Shown: positions 21,133 through 33,476, counted from the stretch's first letter. The stretch is DNA of 64,000 bases from Gammaproteobacteria bacterium (GCA_038142325.1 JAYQJW010000002.1:872795-936794), one strand, 5' to 3'. Notes: generated by a model from the sequence alone, not told the origin. A program made the numbers and translations.

Positions 21133-21959
21133 CTTTCTTTATTTTTTATAATCAGCTGAATCCGATTGATCTTTTTTGAATCAGCAGACAAAACTGTGAA
21201 TAAAAAATTATTCACTTGATATGACTCTTGTTTTTTTGGTACTTTCTCAAATTTGTTTATTAGAAATCCTCCAAGAGTCTCTACTCCGTCATCGCAAAGC
21301 TTTGAATTAAACTTTTCATTAAAATCCTCAAGGTCTAAAAGTGCATCAAGAATATACTTATTAGCAGATTGTTGAATAATCAGTTCCTTGCTTGAGACAT
21401 CATGCTCATCATCAATATCTCCAATAATCTCCTCAATCAAATCCTCTAAAGTTATTAGGCCTGAAATATTACTATGTTCATCAATCACCATAGCAATATG
21501 ATTTCTGCTTGCTTTAAATTCATTTAAAAGTATGTTTAATCTTTTACTCTCCGGTATAAATTTTGCTGGCCTAATATAATCATGCAGATCAAAATCATTA
21601 GTAGTTGAAATTTGATATTTAAGTAAATCTTTAGCATGGAGTATGCCAAGTATTTCGTCAAGTTTATCATTGACAACAGGAAATCGTGAATGTCCAGAAT
21701 TGATAACTTTATTTATGACTGTTTGTAGGTCCTCATTTACATTAATTGTGATCATATGAGGTCGTGGAATCATGATTTCTCTAACTGGAATTTCAGATAC
21801 GCTAAACACGCCCAAAATCATTTGATAAGTATCATGTGATAGAAGTTGATTTTTGAAGGCTGTTTCTAAAAGAATGATAAGATCATTCTTACTCTTAGGA
21901 GTATCACCTAGTAAATCCTTAATTTTATCAATCCAGTTATTATCTTTAAGCTCTGACAT
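21129..21959 (-). CDS. corC: CBS/CorC_HlyC Mg/Co efflux-associated protein CorC (YbeX)
   Basis: MIPR, SGHSRFPV, LEDLIEEIIGDIDDEHD and ETLGG. Confidence 0.92.
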   Translation of the reverse strand: MSELKDNNWIDKIKDLLGDTPKSKNDLIILLETAFKNQLLSHDTYQMILGVFSVSEIPVREIMIPRPHMITINVNEDLQTVINKVINSGHSRFPVVNDKLDEILGILHAKDLLKYQISTTNDFDLHDYIRPAKFIPESKRLNILLNEFKASRNHIAMVIDEHSNISGLITLEDLIEEIIGDIDDEHDVSSKELIIQQSANKYILDALLDLEDFNEKFNSKLCDDGVETLGGFLINKFEKVPKKQESYQVNNFLFTVLSADSKKINRIQLIIKNKES

Positions 21960-22396
21960 AAGGGTTTCCAAAGTTCATTTTGTTCAGAATTTTAGTCTCA
22001 ACTTTCTCCATATGATTTTGTTTGTTTTTTGTATCATGACTAAAACCTTGTAAATGAAGCATAGAATGAACAATCATATGCGCCCACCTGAAATTGAGAG
22101 AGAATCCAAACTCCTTGGCTTCTCTGTTAATAACCTGAGCACACAATATTATATCACCATGAATATAGTTGCCTTCAATGTATGGAAAAGTTAATACATT
22201 GGTAGATCTATCTTTTTTTAGATACTTGAAGTTTAAAGTTTTCATTCTTTTCTCACCAACGAAAATTAAATTTACATGCGATACTAGATTTTTAACTAAA
22301 CTGAAATTGATCCAATTCTTGATATCTTTGTTACTTGGCATAGGATGTTTGTGGATATATCTAATACAATTAATTTCTTTTTTTTTCTTTTATCAT
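21946..22396 (-). CDS. ybeY: rRNA maturation endoribonuclease YbeY (start at 22396 after correcting one base in the A-run at ~22380)
   Basis: TNVLTF, GDIILC and HMIVHSMLHLQGFSH; deleting one A restores both the ybeY N-terminus and the phoH stop. Confidence 0.9.
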
Positions 22397-23336
22397 ATTC
22401 ACTAATTATAGATGATACAATTTTATGCCTCATAACATCCTTAGGTTGAAATCTGACAACATCAATGCCTTTAATATCTAGAACGAATTCTAAACAATCT
22501 TTTAAGCCTGATTGGACGCTATTGGGAAGGTCTATTTGACTTACATCACCCGTCACAACTGTAGTTGAGCCAAAACCTATTCTTGTGAGAAACATTTGCA
22601 TTTGAGATATTGTAGTGTTCTGTGCTTCATCTAAAATTATAAATGCATCATTCAATGTTCTTCCTCTCATGTAAGCGAGTGGAGCAATCTCTATAATTTT
22701 CTTCTCAAGAAGCTTATTGACATTCTCAAATCCAAGACATTCATATAAAGAGTCATAGAGTGGCTGCAAATAAGGGTCAACTTTTTCAGCAAGATCACCA
22801 GGAAGGAATCCAAGTTTTTCTCCAGCTTCTATAGCAGGTCTTACTAGGACTATTTTTTTTATATTGCCGCTTTCAAGTGCTTTAACAGCACATGCAACTG
22901 CTAGAAAGGTTTTGCCCGTTCCGGCTGCACCAATTCCAAAAGTAATAGTATTATTATTAATAGCATCTATGAATTTATTTTGATTAGATGATTTCGGCTT
23001 AATAGTCTGTTTTTTTAAAATAATTTTATATTTATCTTCACAAGTTTCTAAAGATAAATCCTTTGAGTTGTTAAGATAAAGATGAATTTGTTTGGGTGTA
23101 ATTTCCTCATGTTCAGATAATGTATATATTTTTTCAATAAAACTAGAGGTATCAGCTACATTCTGGTTTTCTCCAGAAATTTTGAAAGAATTACCTCGGT
23201 TCGAGATCTCAACGTCAAAGTAATTCTCAATTTGTCTTATGTTTTTATCTAGTAAACCACAAAGTTTTATCAATCTATCATTGTCTAAGGGTTCTAGTTT
23301 GACATGTTGATCAGTTTTATTCAGAACAGATTTCAT
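22370..23336 (-). CDS. ybeZ: PhoH-family ATPase YbeZ
   Basis: GAAGTGKT, LGFLPGD, APLAYMRGRTL and DEAQN; probable true end ..KRKKRN* at 22370. Confidence 0.93.
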
Positions 23337-23338
23337 AA

Positions 23339-24664
23339 TTATAGAACTCCATCTAATGAGGTTCTATTTGCATTTATAATATGCACTTGGACAGTCTTTC
23401 CTATTAATTCCTTTGAACCCACAAAATTTACCAATTTATTTGTTTGTGTCCTTCCAAAAACTTTCTTATTGTCTGACTTAGATAGACCCTCAACTAGGAT
23501 TTCTTGTGTTGTATCTACTAACCTAGAAAGGTACTTCTCTGAATTAGATCTCAAAAGACTCTGAACTTTCATTAATCTATTTTTCTTTTCTTCTAAAGTT
23601 ATGTTGTCAAGCTCATATGAAGCTGGAGTACCTGGTCTCTTGCTATAAATGAAACTGTAGCCATCATCAAATCCAACTTGCTCTATAAGATCAAGCGTTT
23701 CTTGAAAACAATCTTCGGACTCACCTGGATAACCAATGATGAAATCTGATGTTATACTGATATCTGGCCGGATATCTCTCACTTGCTTAATTATATTTTT
23801 ATACTCCAAAGCAGTATGTTTTCTTTTCATTTTAGATAGAATCAAGTCGGAACCAGACTGTACCGGTAAATGAAGATTACTGCATAATTTCTTGTTTTTA
23901 TACTCTTCAATTAGATCATCTGTAAAATCAATGGGATGGGATGTTGTGTGACGTATTCTATCTATTCCATCTATCATTGAAATGTAACGTATCAATTCTG
24001 AAAAATTAACACATTTTTTATCTTTGTTTCTTATTCCTTTATAGGCATTTACATTTTGGCCAAGCAAAATAATTTCTTTAACGCCATTTTCAACTAGGTT
24101 TGATATCTCAAATATAATTTCATCTAGTGGTCGACTAACCTCCTCACCGCGCGTATAAGGCACAACACAGAAAGTACAATATTTACTACAACCTTCCATG
24201 ATTGAAACGTAGGCAGAAACTTTGGATGATTCTGATAGAGGTAAGAAATCAAATTTTTCAATCAAAGGAAAAGATACATCAATTGGTCTCATGGATTTTA
24301 GCTTAACCTCATCGATCATTTTTGGGAGTCGATGAAGCGTCTGAGGTCCAAACACTATATCAACATAAGGCGCTCGTTGTTTTAGTTGCTTTCCTTCTTG
24401 AGATGCTACGCATCCTCCAACCGCAATTATAGTCCCTGGTTTAATTTTTTTAATCTTTTTCCAGCGTCCTAATTCAGAGAATACTTTTTCCTGTGCTTTT
24501 TCCCTAATTGAGCAAGTGTTTAATATAAGAATATCCGCTGTGGTTGGATTATCAGTAGATGTCATATCAAAATGATGCACAAGTAAGTCTGATATCTTTT
24601 CAGAGTCGTAGACGTTCATCTGGCAGCCTTGTGTTTTGATAAAATACTTTTTGTTATTTATCAT
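23339..24664 (-). CDS. miaB: tRNA-2-methylthio-N6-dimethylallyladenosine synthase MiaB
   Basis: GCQMNVYDS, NTCSIREKA, CSKYCTFC radical-SAM motif and TRAM C-terminus. Confidence 0.97.
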   Translation of the reverse strand: MINNKKYFIKTQGCQMNVYDSEKISDLLVHHFDMTSTDNPTTADILILNTCSIREKAQEKVFSELGRWKKIKKIKPGTIIAVGGCVASQEGKQLKQRAPYVDIVFGPQTLHRLPKMIDEVKLKSMRPIDVSFPLIEKFDFLPLSESSKVSAYVSIMEGCSKYCTFCVVPYTRGEEVSRPLDEIIFEISNLVENGVKEIILLGQNVNAYKGIRNKDKKCVNFSELIRYISMIDGIDRIRHTTSHPIDFTDDLIEEYKNKKLCSNLHLPVQSGSDLILSKMKRKHTALEYKNIIKQVRDIRPDISITSDFIIGYPGESEDCFQETLDLIEQVGFDDGYSFIYSKRPGTPASYELDNITLEEKKNRLMKVQSLLRSNSEKYLSRLVDTTQEILVEGLSKSDNKKVFGRTQTNKLVNFVGSKELIGKTVQVHIINANRTSLDGVL

Positions 24665-24667
24665 CTA

Positions 24668-25090
24668 CTAGAAGGGAATATCTTCATCCTTAATGATATC
24701 CTGATTTTGAAAATCAGTATTTTCTTGAGGCTTAGGTGTGAAATCCCCGGATGTGTCAGATTTACTTCCTACAAATGTAAAGTTATCAGAAATTATATCA
24801 GTTGAATATTTCTCTACTCCATCTTTATCTTGCCATTTTCTAGTTTGTAATCTTCCCTCGACATATAACTGCTGTCCTTTTCTTACATATTGACCTATTG
24901 TTTCAGCAGGTTTATTGAAAAAAACAACTCTATGCCATTCTGTTTTGTCCTCATAAGAACCAGAGTCTTGATTCTTAAACTTCCTGTTGGTGGCAATAGA
25001 TAAATTAACGACTGCATTACCGCTTGGCATAAATTTTACCTCAGGATCGTTACCGACTCTTCCAAGCAGGATGACCTTATTAACTGACAA
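24668..25090 (-). CDS. ssb: Single-stranded DNA-binding protein
   Basis: VNKVILLG, TEWHRV, EGRLQTRKW and C-terminal DEDIPF. Confidence 0.97.
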   Translation of the reverse strand: MSVNKVILLGRVGNDPEVKFMPSGNAVVNLSIATNRKFKNQDSGSYEDKTEWHRVVFFNKPAETIGQYVRKGQQLYVEGRLQTRKWQDKDGVEKYSTDIISDNFTFVGSKSDTSGDFTPKPQENTDFQNQDIIKDEDIPF

Positions 25091-26246
25091 TAGTTGCTCC
25101 TTTATTTGCTCTAATTAGACTATAAAATGTCCATGTTACTGATATTATAGCACTAAAGAGAAAAATGCCACTCAATCCATTTGTGTCATAAAGATAACCA
25201 CCAATAAATCCCCCTAAGAAAGTTCCAAAAAATTGAAAAGATGTATAAATACTCATAGTTAGTCCCCTACTATCAGTATTTGTATTTTTAGATAATGCTG
25301 ATGGTATGCTAGCTTCTAAAACGCTAAAAGTTCCGATATAGCAAATTAGAGCAGCCATAATAATCAGCAAGCTTTTTTCAAAAAACAAATAAGAAGCTAC
25401 TAATGATATTGCAAGTATAGCAGTCGACAGACCTCTAACTCTAATTGGTTGCTTTCTCTCAAATCCTAAAAGTGGAAGCGTGATAATCAATGATAATACA
25501 AATAATGAAGAGTAGAGCTGAGGAAAGTCATCTATGTCTATCAAATATTTTTCTGTCATCATTACCGGGATTGCGATGAATATTGATGTCAAAATGGTGT
25601 GCAATATCAAGATATCAATAAAAAATGGATATAAAGTTTTATTAAAAATTAATTCTTTTAAACTAAATCTAAACTGCTTATTAACATTGTTGCTCTTTAT
25701 CTTATAAATTGACATTAATGAAATGCTTAAGATAGTGAGCAAAACAATCAAAATAAAAACTCCTGATAAATTAAAATATTTTGATATCAATGGTCCTATA
25801 ATAAATGCACTAAAGAATGCTATCCCTATAGCTACTCCAACAATTGCCATAGATAGAGTTCTGTTACTGTCAGTTGTGCTGTCAGATAAAAGCGCCATCA
25901 GTGCACCTGATATTGCTCCCGCACCTTGTAAGGCTCTACCTAAGATAAGAAAATAAATATTATCAGTGATAGCGCACATTACGGACCCGAGTAAAAAAAC
26001 CCAAAGGCCTAGTAAAATAATTTTTTTTCTACCATATCGATCAGACAATATCCCAAAAGGAATTTGCATTATTGCATTCGTTAAGCCATAGATACCAAGC
26101 GTAACTCCAATCAAAAAAGGTGTAGATAGTGAATAAGAATCGGCAAAAACAGATAAAATAGGAAAAATCATAAATGCGCCTAACATCCTGAAGAAATAAA
26201 TTAGAGTGATTAGAGAAATCGATTTTTTTTCAAGTTTTGAAAACAT
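25080..26246 (-). CDS. MFS transporter (YajR-like)
   Basis: RMLG.FM, QIPFGILSDRYGRK, GRALQGAGAI; conserved position between uvrA and ssb. Confidence 0.88.
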   Translation of the reverse strand: MFSKLEKKSISLITLIYFFRMLGAFMIFPILSVFADSYSLSTPFLIGVTLGIYGLTNAIMQIPFGILSDRYGRKKIILLGLWVFLLGSVMCAITDNIYFLILGRALQGAGAISGALMALLSDSTTDSNRTLSMAIVGVAIGIAFFSAFIIGPLISKYFNLSGVFILIVLLTILSISLMSIYKIKSNNVNKQFRFSLKELIFNKTLYPFFIDILILHTILTSIFIAIPVMMTEKYLIDIDDFPQLYSSLFVLSLIITLPLLGFERKQPIRVRGLSTAILAISLVASYLFFEKSLLIIMAALICYIGTFSVLEASIPSALSKNTNTDSRGLTMSIYTSFQFFGTFLGGFIGGYLYDTNGLSGIFLFSAIISVTWTFYSLIRANKGATIVS

Positions 26247-26399
26247 ATTTTTTGTCAGGTAAATTTATATGGTTGAGATTATTTCTAAATTGGCAAATAT
26301 AGCTGAAATTCTTTTTGAGCTACAATCTCATAAATCAATTGTATTGTATCACATGTAAACTGTTGGTTTTATAACAATAAAGAATGTTAATATTGTCTG

Positions 26400-29249
26400 A
26401 TGGACAATGAAATTAAAATTAAGGGCGCTAGGACGCATAACTTAAAAAATATTGATCTAAATCTTCCCAAAAATAATTTAATTACCATTACGGGTTTATC
26501 TGGTTCAGGGAAATCTTCACTAGCTTTTGATACAATTTTTGCGGAAGGCCAGAGGCGTTATGTTGAGTCCCTTTCTGCTTATGCTAGACAGTTCCTCTCT
26601 ATGGTTGATAAACCTGATGTGGATAAAATAGAAGGTCTATCTCCAGCAATATCTATAGAACAGAAGTCAACGTCACATAATCCTAGATCGACAGTTGGTA
26701 CTGTGACTGAAATATATGACTATTTAAGATTATTATATGCAAGAATTGGCGAGCCAAGATGTCCAGAACATCATGTGTCCTTGGATGCTATGTCTCCCGG
26801 AGATATGTATCAAAAGTTAATTAAAGTTTCTGAAAAACAGATTGTTTTAATAATGGCGCCCATTGTTAGAGGACAAAAAGGTGAGCACATTAAAATCATT
26901 GAAAGCTATTCTAAGCAAGGGTTTAGTAGGATACGCGTCTATGGTGAAATTCATAAAATCAGTGAAATTTCAAAACATATGATTGGGCACATTATAGACT
27001 CTAAAAAGAAAAATAATATTGAAATAATAGTCGATAGAGTTGAAATAAATAATGCAAACAAATTAAGAATAATTGAATCATTTAATTCAGCATCCGAAAT
27101 ATCAGAGGGTATAATTTATATAAATGAGATCAACAACGGCAATGAGCATATTTTCTCTACTAAGCATGCATGTCCTCACTGCGGATATTCCATAAGTAAA
27201 CTCGAACCAAAATTATTCTCATTTAACTCTCCAGCAGGAGCATGCCAGAGATGCGATGGTTTAGGTATGGATGAATTTTTTGATGAGAATAAAATTATTG
27301 AAAACCCAGAATTAAATCTTAGAAATGGGGCTATTGCAGGTTGGGATGAGAAAAATTATTTATATTTTTCAATGCTTGATTCACTTGCTGCACATTTTTC
27401 AATTGATATAGATCAAAGCTACTATAAACTACCTCAACATTTCAGAAATATTTTATTTTATGGAACAGATGAAAATATTGAGTTTAAGCTTGTTAAGCTT
27501 AACAAAAAAACAAAAAAATTTATTAATACTTCTGAGGTTCGACCATGGGAAGGTATATGTAATATTTTTGAACGAAATTATAATAATGCTTTTAGATTCA
27601 GTGTAAAACGTTACTACGAAAAATTTCTTACAGAGAGTATATGCAGAGAGTGTGATGGCACAAGACTAAATATTCCTGCGAGAAATGTTTTTATAGGGGA
27701 AAAGTCGATTAGCGAAATAACAGATATGAATGTTGAAGAAGCAATAAAGTTTTTTAATCATCTCGAGTTAGATAGTATGAGAAAAAAAATCTCTGAGAAA
27801 ATAATTTTTGAAATATCATCACGGCTTAAATTTCTAAATAATGTTGGACTAAAATATTTAACGCTTTCACGTAGTGCAGAAACATTGTCAGGTGGAGAAT
27901 CTCAAAGAATAAGATTAGCAAGTCAGATTGGTTCAGGATTAACAGGTGTGATGTATGTTCTTGACGAACCCTCTATTGGCTTACATCAAAGAGATAATGA
28001 CAGATTGCTCAAAACATTAAAAAATCTTCGTGATTTAGGCAACACTGTAATCGTTGTTGAGCATGATGAGGATACAATATTATCATCTGACCATATTGTA
28101 GATATAGGTCCTAATGCTGGGGTACATGGTGGCGAAGTTGTTTTCTCAGGTAAACCTTCTTTGCTCAAATCTGTCTCATCTCATACATCAGATTTTATTT
28201 CTGGAAGAAACATTATAGAAATACCAAAAGAACGCCTGCGACCTAGTAAAAAATGGATATCTATTTCAAAAGCACATGCAAATAATCTTAATGAAATAGA
28301 TGTTAAGATTCCTTTAGGCCTATTAACATGTATCACTGGAGTGTCAGGATCGGGCAAATCATCGTTGATTAATAACGTTTTATACTCCTCAATTGTGAAT
28401 AAACTTCTTGATAATAATGAGGGTTTTGTTGACTGTGAAAAAATTACTGGTATTGATTATATTGATAAAATAATTGATATAGACCAAAGTCCAATTGGAA
28501 GAACTCCAAGATCAAACCCAATCACTTACACCGGGATTTTCTCCTTAATTAGAGAAGAGTTTGCAAAAAAACCTGAATCTAAATCAAGAGGTTACACTCC
28601 TGGAAGATTTAGCTTCAATGTAAAAGGAAAAAATAATGGTGTATGTCCACATTGTGATGGACAAGGACAGATAAAAGTTGAAATGCATTTCTTATCAGAT
28701 GTATATGTTCAATGTGAGAAATGCAATGGTAATAGATATAATGATGAAACTTTAGAAATTAAATTAAACAATAAAAATATAAGTGATGTTTTAAATATGA
28801 CTGTTCAGGAAGCATTAAGTTTTTTTGAAAATTACCCAAAAATTTCTAAAAAATTATCAATATTAATGGAAGTTGGACTCGGTTACATAAAATTAGGTCA
28901 AAGTGCAATAACGTTATCTGGTGGTGAAGCTCAACGCATTAAACTCGCTAAAGAATTAATAAGGCCAGACACTGGGCATACACTGTATGTGTTAGACGAA
29001 CCAACAACTGGCTTGCATAATTATGATGTTAAAAATCTTTTACAAGTATTAAGCAAACTTAAACAAAAAGGGAATACATTAATTATAATAGAGCATAATC
29101 TAGATGTCATAAAAACTGCTGATTGGATAGTCGATCTCGGCCCTGAGGGTGGTAACGGTGGTGGGAAGGTTATTGGATTTGGCACTCCTGAAGAATTAGC
29201 TTCAAACAAAAAGTCTTATACTGGAAAGTACTTAAAAGAAAAACTCTAG
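26400..29249 (+). CDS. uvrA: Excinuclease ABC subunit A
   Basis: Two Walker A motifs (GLSGSGKS, GVSGSGKS), two LSGGE motifs and zinc fingers. Confidence 0.98.
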   Translation: MDNEIKIKGARTHNLKNIDLNLPKNNLITITGLSGSGKSSLAFDTIFAEGQRRYVESLSAYARQFLSMVDKPDVDKIEGLSPAISIEQKSTSHNPRSTVGTVTEIYDYLRLLYARIGEPRCPEHHVSLDAMSPGDMYQKLIKVSEKQIVLIMAPIVRGQKGEHIKIIESYSKQGFSRIRVYGEIHKISEISKHMIGHIIDSKKKNNIEIIVDRVEINNANKLRIIESFNSASEISEGIIYINEINNGNEHIFSTKHACPHCGYSISKLEPKLFSFNSPAGACQRCDGLGMDEFFDENKIIENPELNLRNGAIAGWDEKNYLYFSMLDSLAAHFSIDIDQSYYKLPQHFRNILFYGTDENIEFKLVKLNKKTKKFINTSEVRPWEGICNIFERNYNNAFRFSVKRYYEKFLTESICRECDGTRLNIPARNVFIGEKSISEITDMNVEEAIKFFNHLELDSMRKKISEKIIFEISSRLKFLNNVGLKYLTLSRSAETLSGGESQRIRLASQIGSGLTGVMYVLDEPSIGLHQRDNDRLLKTLKNLRDLGNTVIVVEHDEDTILSSDHIVDIGPNAGVHGGEVVFSGKPSLLKSVSSHTSDFISGRNIIEIPKERLRPSKKWISISKAHANNLNEIDVKIPLGLLTCITGVSGSGKSSLINNVLYSSIVNKLLDNNEGFVDCEKITGIDYIDKIIDIDQSPIGRTPRSNPITYTGIFSLIREEFAKKPESKSRGYTPGRFSFNVKGKNNGVCPHCDGQGQIKVEMHFLSDVYVQCEKCNGNRYNDETLEIKLNNKNISDVLNMTVQEALSFFENYPKISKKLSILMEVGLGYIKLGQSAITLSGGEAQRIKLAKELIRPDTGHTLYVLDEPTTGLHNYDVKNLLQVLSKLKQKGNTLIIIEHNLDVIKTADWIVDLGPEGGNGGGKVIGFGTPEELASNKKSYTGKYLKEKL

Positions 29250-29252
29250 TAT

Positions 29253-29606
29253 TTATTCAGAGAAAAGAACATATGCTACAGGTGAAGCATCACCCAATTT
29301 ATGTCCTTTTTTTAGAATTCTCATATAGCCGCCAGGTCTACTTTTAAATCTAGGACCAAGTACTTCAAAAAGTTTTTTTACAGCATTCTTATTTCCTAAT
29401 CTGGAGTATGCCAATCTACGTCTCATTAAAGTATCATTTTTAGCAAGAGTTATTAAAGGTTCGGCTGTTCTTCTAAGTTCTTTTGCTTTTGCTAATGAAG
29501 TTTCTATATGCTCATGCTCAAATAGTGATATAGCCATATTTCTAAACATAGCTTTTCTATGTGATGAATTCCTGTTTAACTGTCTACCTGATTTTTTATG
29601 TCTCAT
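29253..29606 (-). CDS. rplQ: 50S ribosomal protein L17
   Basis: [20 protein letters not shown]. Confidence 0.98.
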   Translation of the reverse strand: MRHKKSGRQLNRNSSHRKAMFRNMAISLFEHEHIETSLAKAKELRRTAEPLITLAKNDTLMRRRLAYSRLGNKNAVKKLFEVLGPRFKSRPGGYMRILKKGHKLGDASPVAYVLFSE

Positions 29607-30589
29607 TATCTTTTTTCAATACTCTTCGGTGGCCAATCCTCAATAACTTGTCCAAGCGATAAACTATGTGTAGAAAGTACGTCTTTTATTTCCGTTAAAG
29701 ATTTCTTACCAAGGTTGGGTGTCTTAAGCAATTCATTTTCACTTCTTTGGACTAAGTCTCCAATATAGTGAATATTTTCAGCTTTAAGACAATTAGCTGA
29801 CCTAACTGTTAATTCTAAATCATCTACAGGTCTTAGTAGTACAGGGTCTATATGATTCTCATCAACTATATCTTGTGTATCATTCTTAACTTCTAAATGA
29901 CTAAATACTTCCATTTGCTCTCTTAAAATTTTACCTGCTGTTCTAATTGCATCCTCCGGTTCAATTGTTCCATTAGTTTCAAGCTCAATTATTAATTTAT
30001 CTAAATCTGCTTTTTGCTTTACTCTGGCATTATCAACAGAATAAGAAACTTTATTTACAGGTGTAAAGGATGCATCTACTTGCATTTTACCTATTCCCAA
30101 ATCTTCTAATTCATTGAATTTTCTCTTCATAGCTGGTTGGTAACCTTTACCTCTAGATATGGTTAAGCTGACTGTTAACTCGGTGTTATCGTTAGTTATA
30201 TTTGCAATACAAAAATCTGGATTCTTAATCTCCAGATTAGGATGAGTTTCTATATCGGAAGCAAGAACTGGCCCTTTGCCTTTTTTTCTAAGCACAACCT
30301 CAATTGTGTCTTTTTCATACAAAACCAATGCAAGTTTTTTGATATTTAGAATTATCTCAAGTACATCTTCTTGAACACCATCGATAGTGCTATATTCATG
30401 GAGTATATTATTTATTGATACTTCAGTAACAGCGCTCCCAGGCATAGATGATAATAATACTCTTCTCAGAGCATTGCCCAGCGTGTGCCCAAAACCCCTT
30501 TCTAAAGGCTGGATTACAATCTTAGATTTTGATTCGGAAATCATCTCTATATCAACTAAGTTTGGTTTTAAAAATGTTATTTCGTTCAT
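29606..30589 (-). CDS. rpoA: RNA polymerase alpha subunit
   Basis: [16 protein letters not shown] and [12 protein letters not shown]. Confidence 0.98.
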   Translation of the reverse strand: MNEITFLKPNLVDIEMISESKSKIVIQPLERGFGHTLGNALRRVLLSSMPGSAVTEVSINNILHEYSTIDGVQEDVLEIILNIKKLALVLYEKDTIEVVLRKKGKGPVLASDIETHPNLEIKNPDFCIANITNDNTELTVSLTISRGKGYQPAMKRKFNELEDLGIGKMQVDASFTPVNKVSYSVDNARVKQKADLDKLIIELETNGTIEPEDAIRTAGKILREQMEVFSHLEVKNDTQDIVDENHIDPVLLRPVDDLELTVRSANCLKAENIHYIGDLVQRSENELLKTPNLGKKSLTEIKDVLSTHSLSLGQVIEDWPPKSIEKR

Positions 30590-30599
30590 GTGTTACCTG

Positions 30600-31223
30600 C
30601 TATTTTGAGTATAATTCTACGATTAATGATTCATTAATTTCTTTTGGAAGTTCTGATCTTTCTGGTGTCCTTAGGTATGTGGCTGTAAGATTCTTTGCAT
30701 CTATATCTATCCAGTCATTAGTACTTCTTGTTTCTGCTACAGACATAGCAAACTGTATTCGAGATTGTTGTTTTGATTTATCTCTGACAGATATCTTATC
30801 TGTTGCTTGAACTTGATATGACGGAATGTTTATTAATTTTCCATTTACTTCAATATTCTTATGATTTACTAATTGTCTAGATTCTGCTCTTGTTGATCCA
30901 AATCCAGATCTATATACAACATTGTCTAATCTTGATTCTAAAAAAGTTAGTAAATTCTCACCAGTTGATCCTTTTTTACTTGCAGATTTTTTATAATAGT
31001 TTCTAAATTGTTTTTCTAAAACCCCGTATAATCTTTTAACTTTTTGCTTCTCTCTTAATTGAAGGGCATAGTCTGATAGTTTTTCTCTTCTCTCACCAAC
31101 AATTCCGGGTTTTCTGTCAATATTACATTTTGTATCAAGTGCTCTAGAGCCTGATTTAAGAAATAGGGCTGTTCCTTCTCTCCTCATTAGCTTACATTTT
31201 GATCCAGTATATTTAGCCATCAA
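30600..31223 (-). CDS. rpsD: 30S ribosomal protein S4
   Basis: [21 protein letters not shown] and IVELYSK. Confidence 0.98.
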   Translation of the reverse strand: MMAKYTGSKCKLMRREGTALFLKSGSRALDTKCNIDRKPGIVGERREKLSDYALQLREKQKVKRLYGVLEKQFRNYYKKSASKKGSTGENLLTFLESRLDNVVYRSGFGSTRAESRQLVNHKNIEVNGKLINIPSYQVQATDKISVRDKSKQQSRIQFAMSVAETRSTNDWIDIDAKNLTATYLRTPERSELPKEINESLIVELYSK

Positions 31224-31603
31224 ACTCTCCTTTTCTTAGGTGGTCTGCAACCATTGTGAGGCAATGGAGTTATGTCTTTGATATTTGTGATTTTATATCC
31301 AGCATTATTTAAAGCTCGCACAGCAGAGTCTCTTCCTGGACCTGGTCCTTTTACGAGAACCTCTAAATTTTTTAATCCAAATACAGTAGCTTTCTGACCA
31401 GCTTTCTCAGCAGCAATTTGAGCGGCAAATGGTGTGCTTTTCCTGGAACCTCTAAATCCAGAGCCTCCTGAGGTTGCCCAAGCAAGTGTATTGCCCTGCT
31501 TATCAGTTATAGTAACTATCGTATTGTTGAAAGATGCGTTTATATGAGCAACACCATCTGTTACAATTTTTTTAGTCTTTTTCTTTTTGGATTTATCTAC
31601 CAT
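31220..31603 (-). CDS. rpsK: 30S ribosomal protein S11
   Basis: [16 protein letters not shown] and [13 protein letters not shown]. Confidence 0.98.
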   Translation of the reverse strand: MVDKSKKKKTKKIVTDGVAHINASFNNTIVTITDKQGNTLAWATSGGSGFRGSRKSTPFAAQIAAEKAGQKATVFGLKNLEVLVKGPGPGRDSAVRALNNAGYKITNIKDITPLPHNGCRPPKKRRV

Positions 31604-31962
31604 TATTTAGCTTTAAGTAATTTTCTTGGACCTTTACGCGTCCTGCTATTGTTCTTAGTTTTTTGGCCCCTTAGAGGAAGACCTTTTCTATGCCTTATGC
31701 CTCTGTAAGAACCAATGTCCATAAGGCGTTTTATATTCATTGAATTTTCACGCCTTAAATCCCCCTCTAGTTGATATTCATCAATAAACTTTCTAATACT
31801 TTCAAGGTCTTTTTCTTCTAAATCTTTAACTTTCTTAGTTGCAAGTATCCCAACTTTCTCACATATATATTTTGCTCTAGTATCACCAATACCATACACG
31901 GAAGTAAGAGCTATCCATATATGTTTGTTATTTGGTAGATTTATTCCTGCTATTCTTGCCAT
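31603..31962 (-). CDS. rpsM: 30S ribosomal protein S13
   Basis: MARIAG and [15 protein letters not shown]. Confidence 0.98.
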   Translation of the reverse strand: MARIAGINLPNNKHIWIALTSVYGIGDTRAKYICEKVGILATKKVKDLEEKDLESIRKFIDEYQLEGDLRRENSMNIKRLMDIGSYRGIRHRKGLPLRGQKTKNNSRTRKGPRKLLKAK

Positions 31963-31980
31963 ATGTATCCTTGCCCGTAG

Positions 31981-32009
31981 ATTCTATATATCATTTATCC
32001 TTAATACAA
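31981..32009 (-). promoter_or_regulatory. Putative alpha-operon promoter
   Basis: TTGTAT (32009-32004), 17 nt, TAGAAT (31986-31981). Confidence 0.6.
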
Positions 32010-32017
32010 CCGTTATC

Positions 32018-32131
32018 TTATCCTTGTCTTTGTTTGTGTCTAGGGTCCTTGCAAATAACTCTAACCACTCGATTTCTTCTAATAATTCTACAGTTCCTAC
32101 ATAATTTTTTCACTGAAGCTCTTACTTTCAT
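32018..32131 (-). CDS. rpmJ: 50S ribosomal protein L36 (not in ORF track)
   Basis: Hand translation: [37 protein letters not shown]. Confidence 0.97.
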   Translation of the reverse strand: MKVRASVKKLCRNCRIIRRNRVVRVICKDPRHKQRQG

Positions 32132-33476
32132 CGGATTCCTCCACCAATTCCTCTTAGGTTTGCTTTTTCATCATTCCCTCGTACTGTTGTGATAACAAGT
32201 GTGATTGAACTTGGGCCATTAAATCCATCACGACAACCACTACAATCAAAAGTGATGTTCCTCCAAAATAAAATGGAACGTTAAAATATAAGATTAAGAA
32301 TTCAGGAAGCAAACAAACTGCAGTTATGTACATAGCTCCAACTGTAGTCAACTTGGTAGTGATACCGTCAATATATTTTGCGGTCTGATCTCCCGGTCTA
32401 ATTCCAGGTATGAATGCACCAGATTTTTTTAGGTTATCAGCTGTTTCTTTTGGATTAAAGACTAATGCAGTATAAAAAAAACAGAAAAATATAATAGCTA
32501 GTGCATATAGCATAATGTAAGGTGGTGGGCCGGGCGATAATGTCATAGCAATTTTTTGAACGATGCTATCGGGTGAACCTGAACCTGACCAGCTTGCAAT
32601 TGTAGCTGGAAATAAAATTATTGCAGAGGCAAAAATAGGTGGTATCACACCAGCCATGTTTAGCTTAAGAGGTAAAAAACTGCTTTGTGCAGCATACATC
32701 TTTCTGCCTTGCATTTTTCTAGCGTAGTTTATAGGAATTTTTCTTTGACCTCTTTCTACATAGACTACGAATGCGGTAATTATGATTGCTAATAGGAAAA
32801 TAAGAATCACACTAAAGTTTTGTATTTCTCCATTTCTTGCAAGTTCAATTGTGCCTCCAATTGCAGATGGCAAACCCGCTACAATACCTGCGAAAATTAT
32901 TATTGAGATACCGTTTCCTACACCTCGTTCAGTTATTTGCTCACCCAACCAAATCAGGAACATCGTACCTGTCACGAGTGTAACAACGCCGGTAATAAAA
33001 AATCCAACGCCTGGATCAAGAACGAGAGTTGTAGTTGAGGTATTTTGATTCATTAAAGCATTCATTACACCCATCGACTGTAGTAAAGCCAGTATAAGGG
33101 TAAAGTATCTTGTATATTTTGTTATAGTTTTCCTGCCTCTCTCTCCCTCTTTTCTTAGTTGTATTAAAGGGGCATAGATATGAGTCATCATTTGTATGAT
33201 GATTGATGCAGAAATATATGGCATGACACCAAGAGCAAAGATAGACATTCTAGATAGAGAGCCACCAGAAAACATATTAAACATGTCAAGAATGCTGCCT
33301 CTTTGTTGTTCAAAAAGAAAGCTCATAACCGCTGGATCTATACCAGGAAGAGTAATGAAGCTTCCTAATCTAAAAACTATCAGGGCAAAAATAACAAAGA
33401 AAATTCTTTGTCTAAGTTCAGAAGATTTTGTTAGGCCTCCAAGGTTTGACGACATATTAGGCGCTGCTCTAGACAT
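32128..33476 (-). CDS. secY: Preprotein translocase SecY (C-terminal 1-nt frameshift; corrected end [13 protein letters not shown] overlaps the rpmJ ATG)
   Basis: [33 protein letters not shown] and [10 protein letters not shown]. Confidence 0.97.

Noticed and set aside
26360-26377. LexA SOS box upstream of uvrA
   Set aside because: CTGTTGGTTTTATAACAA does not fit CTGT-N8-ACAG spacing or right half-site.
32132-32153. GAGGAAT direct repeat between secY and rpmJ as a regulatory element
   Set aside because: Explained as the SecY C-terminal codons (RGIGGGIR) once the frameshift is corrected.
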